Below, piece after piece: positions 47,086-60,652 of a stretch of 64,000 nucleotides of DNA. This DNA is from Nanobdellati archaeon. GTDB taxonomy: Archaea; EX4484-52; GLR71. The stretch lies in the NCBI GenBank assembly GCA_019429125.1, contig JAHYJO010000001.1:84176-148175 (forward strand). Direction: 5' to 3'. The first letter of the stretch is position 1, and each line of letters begins with the position of its first letter. A model generated the notes under the pieces. The model was not told the origin of the DNA, did no database searches, and was given only the letters and a program-made list of their open reading frames with translations. Made by a program: the position numbers and the translations under genes.

Positions 47086-48732
47086 ATGGAAGATATGAAT
47101 GGACAGATTGGTGGACAACCTATAATTGTGGTATCTGAAGGTACTTTTAGAGAAAGCGGAAGGAATGCGCAGATGGCAAATATTGCTGCTGCAAGAGTTG
47201 TGGCTGATGCAGTCAGGACAACGCTTGGTCCAAAAGGGATGGATAAGATGCTTACTGATTCTCTTGGTGAAGTTGTAATCACAAATGATGGCGTGACTAT
47301 TCTTGAAGAGATGGAAATATTGCATCCGGCTGCAAAGATGGTTGTTGAAGTTGCAAGAGCACAAGACGAAGAAGTTGGTGATGGTACAACTACTGCTGCA
47401 ATTCTTATGGGTGAGCTCTTAAAGCAGGCTGAAGGTCTATTAGAGCAGAAGATACATCCTACAAGCATTGCTCAGGGTTACAGGCTTGCAAGAGAAAAGA
47501 GTCTTGAGATTCTTGCTAAGATTGCTATAGATGTTGATATAAAGGATAAAGATATGCTTACAAAGATTGCACTTACTTCAATGACTGGTAAATCCAGCGA
47601 GTCTGCAAAAGAGTTTTTGGCAAAGATTGCAGTTGAGTCTGTAATTCAGGTAGCAGTTGAAGTTGATGGAAAGACTGTTGTTGATCTTGAACAGATTAAG
47701 CTTGAGAAGAAAGCAGGTGGGTCTACAGATGATACAACTCTTATTAGTGGGCTTATAATTGATAAAGAAATAGTACATTCAGGCATGCCTAAAAAGATTG
47801 AAAATGCAAAGATTGCGCTTATCAACAGTGCGATTGAAGTGAAAGAATTAGAGAGTGATGCGCAGATAAGAATTACTGATCCGTCTCAGATGAATGCATT
47901 TTTAGAACAGGAAGAAAAGATGCTTAAGGGGATGGTCGAAAAGATAGTAGTTTCAAAGGCAAATGTTGTTTTCTGTCAGAAAGGTGTTGATGATATGGCA
48001 CAGCATTATCTTGCAAAAGCGGGAATTATGGTAATGCGAAGAGTCAAGAAGTCGGACATGGATGCACTTTCAAAAGCTACAGGTGGAAGTATCATATCAA
48101 ATCTAGATGAGATGACTGAAAAAGATTTAGGTTTGGCAGGCATTGTTGAAGAGAAGAAGATTTCAGGCAGTGAGATGATTTTTGTAAGAAAGTGCAAAGA
48201 TCCAAAATCAGTGTCAATACTCGTCCGGGGTGGTACTGACCATGTTGTGGATGAAATCGAGAGGGCTATGAAAGATGCTCTTGGTGGTGTTTCTGCATCT
48301 ATTGAAATGGGTAAGATTGTTGCTGGTGGCGGTGCTCCTGAAGCTGAGATTGCAAAAGAGCTTAGGAAATATTGTGAATCTGTGGGGGGACGTGAACAGC
48401 TTGCAATTGCTGCTTTTGCTAATGCTATTGAGATAATACCTAAGACTCTTGCTGAGAATGCGGGAATTGACCCTATTAATATACTTGTTGAACTTCGTTC
48501 GGCTCATGATAAAGGTAATCTTTGGGCAGGCATTGATGTGTTTACAAATAATACTCAAGATATGCTTAAACAAGGTGTTGTAGAACCTGTAAAAATTAAG
48601 ACTCAAGCAATAAAATCCGCGTCAGAGGCTGCTGAGATGATACTTAGGATTGATGATGTCATTTCTGCATCAAAGCTTGGTGGTGGCGGTGGAATGCCTC
48701 CTATGGGTGGTGGAATGCCCCCTATGATGTAG
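47086..48732 (+). CDS. ths: thermosome subunit (group II chaperonin)
   Basis: '[12 protein letters not shown]', 'ITNDGVTIL', 'GDGTTT' and a GGM-rich tail. Confidence 0.96.
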   Translation: MEDMNGQIGGQPIIVVSEGTFRESGRNAQMANIAAARVVADAVRTTLGPKGMDKMLTDSLGEVVITNDGVTILEEMEILHPAAKMVVEVARAQDEEVGDGTTTAAILMGELLKQAEGLLEQKIHPTSIAQGYRLAREKSLEILAKIAIDVDIKDKDMLTKIALTSMTGKSSESAKEFLAKIAVESVIQVAVEVDGKTVVDLEQIKLEKKAGGSTDDTTLISGLIIDKEIVHSGMPKKIENAKIALINSAIEVKELESDAQIRITDPSQMNAFLEQEEKMLKGMVEKIVVSKANVVFCQKGVDDMAQHYLAKAGIMVMRRVKKSDMDALSKATGGSIISNLDEMTEKDLGLAGIVEEKKISGSEMIFVRKCKDPKSVSILVRGGTDHVVDEIERAMKDALGGVSASIEMGKIVAGGGAPEAEIAKELRKYCESVGGREQLAIAAFANAIEIIPKTLAENAGIDPINILVELRSAHDKGNLWAGIDVFTNNTQDMLKQGVVEPVKIKTQAIKSASEAAEMILRIDDVISASKLGGGGGMPPMGGGMPPMM

Positions 48733-48845
48733 GAGTTAGCATCTTTTCTTTTTTTTATTTCATTTTTTAGTTTTTTAGTTCTGATTGATTTTAAAAATAG
48801 TTTAATCTTTTTGTATTTATTGTTATTAGGGGGAAGATGATAACC

Positions 48846-49014
48846 GGCACTGTTCATTTTTCGAGTGATTTCAAACAGAATGTAGTTAAATTAAAGACCT
48901 TTATTTCTTTTGTAATTCAACGTGAAATGTGTATATTAAATGGATCTCTGCAGGTGTTTATAAACAAACAATATCTAAAAAATATTCAAAATCACTCACT
49001 TTTTGAACAGTGCC
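48846..49014. mobile_element. MITE copy 3 (inverted relative to copies 1 and 2)
   Basis: GGCACTGTTCA...TGAACAGTGCC; 8-bp target duplication TGATAACC at 48838-48845 and 49015-49022. Confidence 0.92.
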
Positions 49015-49128
49015 TGATAACCATTATCTATATATACTCAGTAATGTCAATATATAAAATAGGTAGTTTTTGAGGTATTAATATTTTTGTATTAACCTCA
49101 TTATCAAAGTAATATTGTTGGTGAAATA

Positions 49129-49692
49129 ATGGTTAAAAAAGAAGATTATGAGCAGATATCTGATGATGAAGATTATGAGGTAGTACCTTTAACTCCTCTC
49201 AGACGGCTTGAAAAAAGAATAACCAGTATGGAATCTTCTAAGTCATTTTCAAATATGGAAAGGATGATGGATAAAATATTAGATATGGTTGAGCTTAATC
49301 AGAGAATTGTTGATGAGATGGTAAAAGCTAATACGTCTCTTCGCGGTGATCTTGCAACACTTATTGGTAAGATTGATTCGCTTCAGGGAAAACTTACAAA
49401 TTTTATTGATATAGTTGAGGACGCAGGTAAAGAAGATGTTGATGAGTCTGAGGCCGTATCTGCACTTCGTGGCATGGTTGTTCCTCTAGTAAAAAGCATA
49501 ACTGATGCTAATGAGAAATTGTTAAAGAGTAATGAGGTGATTGCTGAGAACCTGTCTATAATAGATAAACGACTTAAACGTTCAGGTGGTGTTGTACCAT
49601 CTATAGGTGGTCAGATTTCACAAAATCCGTCTCCATATCAGATGCAACAGCAAGCTGTACCTCAACAGAATAATCCTTATGGTGGTGTTTAA
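49129..49692 (+). CDS. coiled-coil hypothetical protein at the head of the pilus locus
   Basis: GGTGA RBS; 'YEVVPLTPLRRLEKRI'; Gln-rich tail. Confidence 0.8.
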   Translation: MVKKEDYEQISDDEDYEVVPLTPLRRLEKRITSMESSKSFSNMERMMDKILDMVELNQRIVDEMVKANTSLRGDLATLIGKIDSLQGKLTNFIDIVEDAGKEDVDESEAVSALRGMVVPLVKSITDANEKLLKSNEVIAENLSIIDKRLKRSGGVVPSIGGQISQNPSPYQMQQQAVPQQNNPYGGV

Positions 49693-49695
49693 TTT

Positions 49696-49911
49696 ATGAA
49701 ACTTGGACCTGAGATGCTTGAAAATTTTTTAATTGTATGTATAATGCTGATGACAGTATCTGCCTTTTTGATTTTAGGTGGTGGAATGCTTAGTTCAGAG
49801 TATTTAGCAGTAAGCATAACTAATATGTTGCTTTTGCTTGTAGTTGGGGCAATGTATTTCAATGCAATGATACTTTTAAGGATTTATAAAACAATGATTA
49901 CTAAGAAATGA
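49696..49911 (+). CDS. small two-TM membrane protein
   Basis: 71 aa with two hydrophobic helices; operonic spacing. Confidence 0.7.
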   Translation: MKLGPEMLENFLIVCIMLMTVSAFLILGGGMLSSEYLAVSITNMLLLLVVGAMYFNAMILLRIYKTMITKK

Positions 49912-49948
49912 TATGGAACAATGAGTATTAAAAAAATGAGTGATAATT

Positions 49949-50449
49949 ATGTCAAAAGAAAATGTAAATCGAAAGGGAATTACTCCCATAATCGCAATAG
50001 TTCTTCTTCTTATGATGACTGTTGCAGCAGCAGGTCTTGCTTATGAGTTCATAATGAATATGAGTGACAAGCAGACATCAGCTATTGATGATCAAGTGAA
50101 TGCACAGTCTGATAAGATGCGGACTGATTTGAGGATATTACAGGTTCAAAAGAATAGTGGCAATCTTAATTTTATTATCAAGAATATGGGTTCAGTTGTG
50201 ATTGCAGGGATTAATGACACTACTACGGATTATATAGTAGATGGTAAAATTAATGCAATAACACCTAGTTTTAGTGGTGATTGTAATACTAAGCCAACTA
50301 TTGAAATTTCAGAGACTTGTACTTTAACTGTTACTGGTGAAACCCTTCCTATGGTGGGGACTACAAAGACTTTTGAATTTATACTTAAGAATGGTTATAA
50401 ATTATCATATGGGTGTAATGTTGCGTCTAGTACAGATGATTTCTGTTAA
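49949..50449 (+). CDS. archaeal type IV pilin (probable major pilin)
   Basis: Class III signal RKG|ITPIIAIVLLLMMTVAAAGLAY; a long T-rich terminator region follows. Confidence 0.9.
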   Translation: MSKENVNRKGITPIIAIVLLLMMTVAAAGLAYEFIMNMSDKQTSAIDDQVNAQSDKMRTDLRILQVQKNSGNLNFIIKNMGSVVIAGINDTTTDYIVDGKINAITPSFSGDCNTKPTIEISETCTLTVTGETLPMVGTTKTFEFILKNGYKLSYGCNVASSTDDFC

Positions 50450-50648
50450 GTATTTTATTTTCTGATTTTTTTCATTTTTTCATTTATTTTTCTTTTAATT
50501 TTTTTTTATTTTTATAATTTTATCTTATTATTTTGTTTTTTGGTATTTTTTCTTAAAAACTATATATTCTATTAAAACGAATTATAAATAACTAATTTAC
50601 TAAATAAAGTTAATCATCAAATTCATCAATATAATAAGGGTAGTTTTT

Positions 50649-51593
50649 ATGAAATCAGTAATTGTTCGGAAAAAGGCGCAGGTACAGATAATATCTATGA
50701 TATTGCTTACTGGAATTAGTATTGCTGCAGTTTCAGGTGCACTTTGGTGGGGGCTTCCAATGCTTGACAAAAGTAAGACTAATTCAGAAGTAACTCAAGC
50801 ATTTTCACTTATGCAAGATATAAAATCAGCAATTGGTGAAGTATCATCATCTGGTGGCTCACGTGTAATTAATCTGAATCTTGCTGGTGAGATGAGGATT
50901 GAAGGTGGTAGTTTAGAAAAAATGCCCGATGGAACTGTCAAGGCAAATTTACCTTCAGATAGGGTTAATTCTATAACTTATACTATATTTACAAAAGGAG
51001 TCACTTCAGCTGTAGGGCAATGGGTGTCTCTTGATGGGTTTAGTCCTATTTCTCAGTCGTTATATACTGGAAATGATAGTGATAATGTGATTTTATCTGA
51101 AACTAATGAATGCAATTTTTCAAATTTGTGTTCTACAAATGATGTTGATGTTGATTGTACTGATAATACGATGGATTCTATAGGAGCAGTTTCTGGAACA
51201 TACTTAGGTACAGAAGGTTATAGAGTAGAATATATTGATTGTGTTAACAATTTTGTTACAATATCTGGGCCAGAGAAAGTAATTACTGGATTTTCAGGTG
51301 TGAATAGTGCAGGTGTAATCGTTGTCAAGACAATTCCTAATGGTGGGGGTGATGGATATAAGACAATGTTTAAGTTAGTATATCGCGAATTAGATGATAT
51401 CAATGATGAAAATGGGAAAGGGTATCTGACATTGATTACTAAGAAGGGAAGTAATATTATTGGTTCAACAGATTCATCTTCAAAAGTGTCATTGATAATA
51501 TCTTCTCTTGATGATTTTGTTTTGGAGGAACGTGCAGATAAGACTGGAGGACCTCTTACTGTGACACCTGTTACAGTATCTTTTGGTAATTAG
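50649..51593 (+). CDS. pilin-like protein (class III signal peptide)
   Basis: RKKA|QVQIISMILLTGISIAAVSGALWWGLP. Confidence 0.8.
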   Translation: MKSVIVRKKAQVQIISMILLTGISIAAVSGALWWGLPMLDKSKTNSEVTQAFSLMQDIKSAIGEVSSSGGSRVINLNLAGEMRIEGGSLEKMPDGTVKANLPSDRVNSITYTIFTKGVTSAVGQWVSLDGFSPISQSLYTGNDSDNVILSETNECNFSNLCSTNDVDVDCTDNTMDSIGAVSGTYLGTEGYRVEYIDCVNNFVTISGPEKVITGFSGVNSAGVIVVKTIPNGGGDGYKTMFKLVYRELDDINDENGKGYLTLITKKGSNIIGSTDSSSKVSLIISSLDDFVLEERADKTGGPLTVTPVTVSFGN

Positions 51594-51599
51594 TGAGAT

Positions 51600-52023
51600 A
51601 TGATGTGGTATTTTTCAAGAAAGCGTAAAGGACAAAACTTGGTTCTTGAAGAGATATTGTTTATCGCTCTCTCAATAGTTGTAATTATAGGTATATCTTC
51701 AACTTTTAATACAATTAATAATCGTGTTTCAGATGATATTGAAGATCAAAGTGCATTACAAATTTCAAATTTCATAATATCTGCGATAGATAAGCTTGTA
51801 CTTGCAAATGCAACCTCTGGATTTGTAGTAATTGATATCCCGCAGACTATAAGTCGTGAGACATATATAATTTCAGGTTTTACTCCTGTTAGAAAAGAAT
51901 TCATGATTAAAATGGGTGACAGTAAACAAATTGTAGATGTTTCAGTTAATGTAAGTGGTATAGTATCAAGCTCAGGTAAGGTTTTGAAAGTGGAATATGA
52001 TGGTGTTTCTGTGTTTTTGAGAG

Positions 52024-52037
<14 letters not shown>
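51600..52037 (+). CDS. pilin-like protein (class III signal peptide)
   Basis: KRKG|QNLVLEEILFIALSIVVII. Confidence 0.8.
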
Positions 52038-54226
<2,189 letters not shown>

Positions 54227-54246
<20 letters not shown>

Positions 54247-55150
54247 TGCTGTAGAAAAAGAACAAGGTCTTAGCGGTTTTAATTATGTTAAATTTGCGTC
54301 AGATTTTTTTAGGCCTTATATTCAATCATATCTGGTTAATTTTAGTGAACTTAAAGTTGCAATGAAAAAAGGCGATATAAATATGTCGCTTGAAGAATAT
54401 ATTTCAGTTGCGATACTTACTTCAATTGTTGTATTTTTTTGTATGTCATTATCTTTATCAGTAATTATTCTCATAATAACTAGCAATATTTTTATGTCTA
54501 TTTTTTTATCAATTTTAGGTGCTATATTTTTTTCAGCTCTTATTTTTGGTTTTTTTTATATTTATCCTGGCATACGCAGGGATGACAGAAAGAAAAAGAT
54601 AGATGGGCTTGTACCTTATGCCACACTTTATCTTACGACTATTTCTGGTGGTGGTACACCACCTATTGCTATGTTTCGTGCACTTGCGAAATTTAATGAG
54701 TATGGTGAAATATCAAAAGAGGCAAATAAGATTGTGGAAGAGGTTGATGTACTGGGTATAGATATTCTTAATGCTTTAAAAAATGCAGCCGAGAGAACAC
54801 CATCTCAGCAATTGATGGAACTTTTGTGGGGGATGAGGACTGTTGAAATTTCAGGTGGTGATCTTCGTTTTTATCTTAGGGAAAAAGCGAAGACTGCAAT
54901 TTCGCAGTATCAGATGATGCTTAAGGTATTACAGCATAAACTTTCAATGATTGTTGAGATATACCTTACAGTTGTTATGATTGGTTCAATATTGTATATG
55001 GTATTAACTGCTATAATGGGGTCTATGGGTGGTGCAGATATGGCTGGGTTTATTGTAGGGTCACAGATGGTGGTCGTGTTTTTGGCTATCCCTGTAGTAT
55101 CTGCAGGTGTCATATTATTAATAAAGGGTATAACTCCGGAGACGAATTAG
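54227..55150 (+). CDS. type IV pilus platform protein (T2SSF/TadC-like)
   Basis: Multi-TM; 'YGEISKEANKIVEEVDVLGIDILNALKNAAERTPS'. Confidence 0.88.
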
Positions 55151-56089
55151 ATGGTTTTTGATATAAATACACTTTTTGCACATGAAAATGAGAAATTAAT
55201 TAAACAGGGTTCTCTTATAATAGGTGTGGTTTTGGTAATCATAGGTTTGATTTTGGCATTTTTTTCAAAATTTCAGTCATTAGGTATTATTATCTTGTTT
55301 ATTGGGGCTATTATGTCTGTAGTACCTTCTATGATTTATGCATATGTTAATTTTTCTAAATATAGTCGGATGGAAGATCAATTTCCTAGATTTTTGAGAG
55401 ATTTTGCTGAAGCCAAAAAAAGTGGTATGACATTTCAGGATGCATTGCTCAGTCGTATGAATACTGATTATGGAGAACTTAATTCTGAAATTGCAAAATC
55501 TGTGCATCAACTTTCGTGGGGTATGCCTTTTGTTCAAGTTATGGCAGCTATGGCTGAAAGGCTTAAATATAGTAGTGTTATGAGACGGTCATTTACTATT
55601 ATTTTGGAAGCATTTAATGCAGGGGGTGATGTAACTGAGGTTATGGATGATCTTTCAACAGATATAAAAAAGATAAAAGAACTCCATGATGAAAGAAAAG
55701 CAGATATGTCTCAACAAGTTGTTATGATGTATTTCATTTCATTTCTTTTCCTTGTCATAGCTCTTATGATGTATAATATTATGATGCCTTTAGTATCTTC
55801 TGGTCTTATGGATATAAATCTTTTTGGAGCGTCAGATAGTTCTTCAAGTGTTCAAGATATAGATTATTGTTCTATGGTACCTTTTGTCTGTGCAATATGT
55901 GTTCCATTTAATTTTGGTGAAGGACAATTATGTTATTTTGAAGCAATATTTTTTATGATGGCTCTTATTCAGGCAATAACGAGTGGTCTTATGTGTGGAG
56001 AAATAAGTGAAGGTTCGGCTGCATCAGGTTTCAAACATGCATTGTTTTTATCAGCTGTAGCATTTATTGTATTTATTGTATTTGGGTAA
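55151..56089 (+). CDS. type IV pilus platform protein (T2SSF/TadC-like), second copy
   Basis: 'FPRFLRDFAEAKKSGMT...YGELNSEI...LSWGMPF...AGGDV', 'GEISEGSAASGFKH'. Confidence 0.88.
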   Translation: MVFDINTLFAHENEKLIKQGSLIIGVVLVIIGLILAFFSKFQSLGIIILFIGAIMSVVPSMIYAYVNFSKYSRMEDQFPRFLRDFAEAKKSGMTFQDALLSRMNTDYGELNSEIAKSVHQLSWGMPFVQVMAAMAERLKYSSVMRRSFTIILEAFNAGGDVTEVMDDLSTDIKKIKELHDERKADMSQQVVMMYFISFLFLVIALMMYNIMMPLVSSGLMDINLFGASDSSSSVQDIDYCSMVPFVCAICVPFNFGEGQLCYFEAIFFMMALIQAITSGLMCGEISEGSAASGFKHALFLSAVAFIVFIVFG

Positions 56090-56095
56090 GTTCTT

Positions 56096-56794
56096 ATGGT
56101 GTATAAATTGTTTTATTTATCTGTAAATTATAGACATAAAGGGCAAGTGAATATTGACTATATATTTGCGTTTTTAGTTCTGACACTATCTATAATTTAT
56201 GCTGCAAATATTGCTATAGGGTCAATAAATCCGTTTTATGAAACTTTGGATACTAATAATCTTCATGCTGAAGCATGGCTTTTCTCTGAGATATTTTTAA
56301 GGGATATAGAAATTGAAGATAATGTAATTAATGAATCATTAATTTCTGTTTATGCTGATAATCGGACGAAGCTTCGTGATTCAATTGTTGAGAAATATTG
56401 GTATCATCAAAAGATAGTAATTGAGCAGTATCCTATTATAATTACAGACAATGTTTCAGGGTATAATCATTCGGGTAATACTATATTCAACAAAGAATAT
56501 GGTGTTTTAAAAATTGTAGATTTCATTGTTAGAAATAGTAGTAGTATATCTGGTTATGATGTTGTAGATATTGATGCTGATGTATTTTATTATGGTCTGA
56601 ATAAAAATGATATCATATTGATATCAGGTATTAATTACACAATATCTAATATTGATTCTAAAGGGAATTTTATAGCACTTGAAAGAACAGTATTATCTTA
56701 TGGTTGGGGGAGTATGGATATTGATATGGTTTCTGTGAACAGATATTCAACAATTGATGGATTTATGGCTAGAATAAATATTTTATATTTTTGA
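56096..56794 (+). CDS. pilin-like protein (class III signal peptide)
   Basis: RHKG|QVNIDYIFAFLVLTLSII. Confidence 0.75.
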   Translation: MVYKLFYLSVNYRHKGQVNIDYIFAFLVLTLSIIYAANIAIGSINPFYETLDTNNLHAEAWLFSEIFLRDIEIEDNVINESLISVYADNRTKLRDSIVEKYWYHQKIVIEQYPIIITDNVSGYNHSGNTIFNKEYGVLKIVDFIVRNSSSISGYDVVDIDADVFYYGLNKNDIILISGINYTISNIDSKGNFIALERTVLSYGWGSMDIDMVSVNRYSTIDGFMARINILYF

Positions 56795-56819
56795 GTGATT
56801 ATGGGAGTAATGAAGTATT

Positions 56820-58397
56820 ATGTGGATTAGGAAATGTAAACGTCGTATTGGTTTTATGCATAGTCTTGAAGCTGTTATTGCAGTCATGATTCTTCTTAGT
56901 TATTCAAGTAATGTTATGGATGTAGTTTCAGAATATGATGGTTGGCGTATTGCAAGATTGTCACAGGAATCACGAGAAATTGCAGGGGTTATGAATTACA
57001 TTGGTTATATGGAACTTCTTTCGGGAAATAGTTCTGATACATTTTCTAGAGTTGCATCATATCTTGCTGGTCGTGAAAAAATGGGTGTTGCAATAACTGT
57101 TGATAATTTGATAAAACCTGTGGTGCGTGTGGGTGTTATTACTAATAATACTGAGACTTATAAGAGTTATAGTGAAAATTTATTACAAAATGCTCTAGGT
57201 GAAGATAGAGTTATTGTTATAAATGGTAAAAAAACTTTACTTGAGGTGCGAAATACTACGTTTGTTTCTGATTGGAAAATGTTTGATGTATTAGTTATTC
57301 CTATTGAAGGAAATGATATTGATATGATAGGTAATATTAGTTTGATTAATGGTACATATAATTCAAAATTATTAAACTTCCTTAGGCAGGGAAAAGGAGT
57401 GATTCAGGTTTCAAATCTGAGTGATAAATCTTTTGTTGATTTTGAGGTTCAGAGAAACGTTTTTGGTCTTTTGTGGAATGATACCAGTTTACCTTCTGTT
57501 ATTTTTAATTCTTCTTTTTCAGATTTGAATCCGTCTGATGCAGGGTATGTTTTGCATAAATATTTTTATGTTAATCCTTTTGTGGTGAATACTGAAGTAT
57601 CTTTTAGTCGTAATATGTCTAATCCTGCGTGGTGGAATATGACTACGGGTATTGTTGATGTGTATGTAGGTGATACTAATCATACTATCGGTTCTGCTAA
57701 CTGTACTGTTAATGTTGGTACTCCTTGTGTTGGTGATACTCAGAATGATCTTGATTTTTCAAATACAATCAATTCAACAAATGGAATCTATAAATTTGAT
57801 ATGATGTCTTTGAGTCATAAGGATTATGGCGTATTAATCATTAATTCTACTGGTTTTGGATATGATTTGATATACATCGATGAGAATCAAGACCGTAATT
57901 TTACAAATGATGGTTATTTTTCAGGACTTGTTCAGGGAGATAGAATTGAGATTGATGGTAATAGTTATATAATTAATGAAATTGATATTAGTGGGAATTA
58001 TATTGAGTTATTTATTGAAGAACCTCATAATTTCTATGATATGAATAGAGATAATGAATTAGAATCTAGTCATGGTTTTGTTTTTGGATTAAATAAATCT
58101 CAATTTGTTTTGGTTGAATCTGGATATGTGATGGATTCTGGAGGCAAAATGCCGATTGCTATTGCTAATTATGGTGGATTTACAGGACGGACTGTGTGGA
58201 TTACAGATAATATTGTATCTTATGATGAATGGCATCTTTTACGCAGTATGATTTTATGGGTATCTCCTAAAACAGTCATTATATCTACAGTACAGGATAA
58301 TGTAAATGATGTTGTGTCAAGTGATTTTGTGCTTCTTGCAAATGAGGATATGTCTCAACCTTATGTTATGACTTGGAAAGCGTGGTATTATGATTGA
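56820..58397 (+). CDS. large pilin-like/adhesin protein
   Basis: KRRIG|FMHSLEAVIAVMILL followed by a large extracellular domain. Confidence 0.75.
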   Translation: MWIRKCKRRIGFMHSLEAVIAVMILLSYSSNVMDVVSEYDGWRIARLSQESREIAGVMNYIGYMELLSGNSSDTFSRVASYLAGREKMGVAITVDNLIKPVVRVGVITNNTETYKSYSENLLQNALGEDRVIVINGKKTLLEVRNTTFVSDWKMFDVLVIPIEGNDIDMIGNISLINGTYNSKLLNFLRQGKGVIQVSNLSDKSFVDFEVQRNVFGLLWNDTSLPSVIFNSSFSDLNPSDAGYVLHKYFYVNPFVVNTEVSFSRNMSNPAWWNMTTGIVDVYVGDTNHTIGSANCTVNVGTPCVGDTQNDLDFSNTINSTNGIYKFDMMSLSHKDYGVLIINSTGFGYDLIYIDENQDRNFTNDGYFSGLVQGDRIEIDGNSYIINEIDISGNYIELFIEEPHNFYDMNRDNELESSHGFVFGLNKSQFVLVESGYVMDSGGKMPIAIANYGGFTGRTVWITDNIVSYDEWHLLRSMILWVSPKTVIISTVQDNVNDVVSSDFVLLANEDMSQPYVMTWKAWYYD

Positions 58398-58899
58398 TAG
58401 GTATAAAGTATCTAGGGTAAAAAAACGCAAAGGCCAGTTTTTTGTGATAAGCATAATAGTTATTCTTTTCGCTCTAACTACATTAAATGGTATTCTTACA
58501 CAAAATCGTAATATTGACTTATCTTATATGCAATATGATAGGACTTATTTTGTGATTAATCAGATGGAATCGGATATTTTTAATATTATTTCTGTTGTAG
58601 GTCATAAATCTATAATAGATGATATTGAAGAATATATGGTTCATGAACGGAAAGTTCTTGGGAAAACGGGGTATTCTCTTGAATTTGAAAAAGATGTATC
58701 ATATATTGGTGATTATCCAAATAATATATCTATAAATTATACAATCAAATCATCAAATGTTAATATACGGCGGGAGTTAAATACAAATGCGTGGTGTGTT
58801 CGTTATGAATATAATGATTTATGTAGTTTTCTTAGTCTTTCAACAAATAATATTGTGACAGATGTGAGTTGCTGTTCTGATTTTAATTTATGTTGTTGA
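58390..58899 (+). CDS. pilin-like protein with a C-terminal six-Cys module
   Basis: KRKG|QFFVISIIVILFAL; ends C-x8-C-x15-CC-x5-CC. Confidence 0.78.
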   Translation: MIDRYKVSRVKKRKGQFFVISIIVILFALTTLNGILTQNRNIDLSYMQYDRTYFVINQMESDIFNIISVVGHKSIIDDIEEYMVHERKVLGKTGYSLEFEKDVSYIGDYPNNISINYTIKSSNVNIRRELNTNAWCVRYEYNDLCSFLSLSTNNIVTDVSCCSDFNLCC

Positions 58900-58965
58900 T
58901 TTATAGTTTGAGGGGTTATGTTTTTATATACTATTTTTGATAAATATAGTTGTAGTGATATAATT

Positions 58966-59586
58966 ATGAAATATTTGTATATTGTCTTTTTTTGTGTTCT
59001 TATTCTTTTTGTGTCTGGGGTGTATGTAGTAAATTTGGATGTTGATGCTGGTGTTCTTCCGGGTGAGGTATTTTATGCTTTTGATTTGTTTTTTGAAAGG
59101 ATTCATCTTTTATTTACTTTTGGTTCTAAAAATAAGGCGGAGGTTCTGTTATCATTTGCAAAAGAGAGAGAATCTGAATTAGATGCTCTTGATTCTGATA
59201 AGATTGATAGATTTGCAGAGAGTCTTATAAGTAAACGAGATAATTATATTATGATGGCTAGAAATAAATTAGAAACATCTGATATTGATAGTGTTTCTCG
59301 ACAAAATATTTTGTGGGAGATTGATAAAATAGTTGGTTCGAAAATATTTGACAGTGATGAAGTTATAGTAGTTGATGACAATGTTGTATTGGTTGATGAA
59401 AATAATAGTGTTTTTGTTGAACAAGAAGAAGAACAAGAAATGGTTAAATCTATAATCATGCTTTCAGAGTTGCAGGAGACTGCATGTTATGCTGCTGAAA
59501 CTGGTAATACTTGTGATACAAGATTAGTTGATCTTGGTCTTGTGACAAAAGATAACTGTTGTATAGTTTTGGGTGTATGTTGTTAA
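58966..59586 (+). CDS. secreted DUF5667-like protein with a C-terminal six-Cys module
   Basis: 'AGVLPGEVFYAFDLFFERIHLLFTFGSKNKAEVLLSFAKERESE'; ends C-x8-C-x14-CC-x5-CC. Confidence 0.78.
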   Translation: MKYLYIVFFCVLILFVSGVYVVNLDVDAGVLPGEVFYAFDLFFERIHLLFTFGSKNKAEVLLSFAKERESELDALDSDKIDRFAESLISKRDNYIMMARNKLETSDIDSVSRQNILWEIDKIVGSKIFDSDEVIVVDDNVVLVDENNSVFVEQEEEQEMVKSIIMLSELQETACYAAETGNTCDTRLVDLGLVTKDNCCIVLGVCC

Positions 59587-59617
59587 TTTGGTGAGATTAT
59601 AAGATTATTGTGTGTGT

Positions 59618-60622
59618 ATGAAATTTAAAAATTTGTTTATGATATCATTAGCATTTTCATTTCTTTTAGTCATGACTCCAGCTTTTTCGGAACTTAATTG
59701 TACTGTATCAAATACTCAAAGTTTTAGTACTTTGGTATATAAGATGTCAAGTCTTTCTAATGCGCATGCAGAATTGTATACTGGTTCAAATTATTTGTAT
59801 AATGTTTCTTGTCAGGATGTGACTAGTGATGGTGTACTGACTGGTATTAACTTAAACAATAACTGTGATGATGCGCATTTCCTTAATATTTCGTCAGTGA
59901 CTAATGCTCATGTGGAAAATAGTACGGTGGGTAATTATCCAGAAGGCATTTGTCTTTCTTCAACTTCTGCAGATATAATATACAGTTATGAAACACAACC
60001 TTGTTCGGTTGCAGGGTATCAGACGTGTCTTGGAACATTTAGTTCTGATACTAATGCACATATCGCAGATTGTGTGACAGCACCTTATAGTAATTATATT
60101 TGCGCTAATTTGACTTATGATTTTACTTGTAATTATGGTGTGTCAGATTTGGACGGTAATTGCAGTCTTGCGTGTGGTGCTGATACTCAGTGTGATGGTA
60201 GGGCTCCGGGGTATAAAACGGATAGCTGTAATGGGGTAGGGGAGACTTATTTTATTGATATTTGTAATAGCACTTGTCAGTTTGTGGATGATTCTGCTAA
60301 AGTCTGTAACAGTACGGGTTCTGGCTGTAATGGTGGTAGTTTAGCTTGTGATGGTTATTCTGCAGGGCAATGTCTACCGAGTGGAACTGAATATTGTGAT
60401 AATTCGTGTACTAATGAAACTGCAGTAGGTATGTGTATAACTAATCAGGCTATGCGGAAGGCACTTGTACAGTATACGGTGGACCCTTATAATAGAAAAC
60501 TTGATATGGTTGCTATGAAATGTCTTATAAATATGTATCTCGGTGCAACTTGCAGTGATCCTAAATCACAAGATTATATAGATATTGCTAATGCAATTTC
60601 AGATTCAATTTTACCTAATTGA
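59618..60622 (+). CDS. secreted Cys-rich protein with three SSxxNAH repeats
   Basis: Signal peptide; SSLSNAH, SSVTNAH and SSDTNAH; many Cys residues. Confidence 0.8.
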   Translation: MKFKNLFMISLAFSFLLVMTPAFSELNCTVSNTQSFSTLVYKMSSLSNAHAELYTGSNYLYNVSCQDVTSDGVLTGINLNNNCDDAHFLNISSVTNAHVENSTVGNYPEGICLSSTSADIIYSYETQPCSVAGYQTCLGTFSSDTNAHIADCVTAPYSNYICANLTYDFTCNYGVSDLDGNCSLACGADTQCDGRAPGYKTDSCNGVGETYFIDICNSTCQFVDDSAKVCNSTGSGCNGGSLACDGYSAGQCLPSGTEYCDNSCTNETAVGMCITNQAMRKALVQYTVDPYNRKLDMVAMKCLINMYLGATCSDPKSQDYIDIANAISDSILPN

Positions 60623-60652
60623 TTTTTATTTCTTTTTGCATATATTTTAATC

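Noticed and set aside
48837-49073. 78-aa ORF
   Set aside because: It coincides with MITE copy 3 and shows no transposase motifs; treated as a chance open frame.
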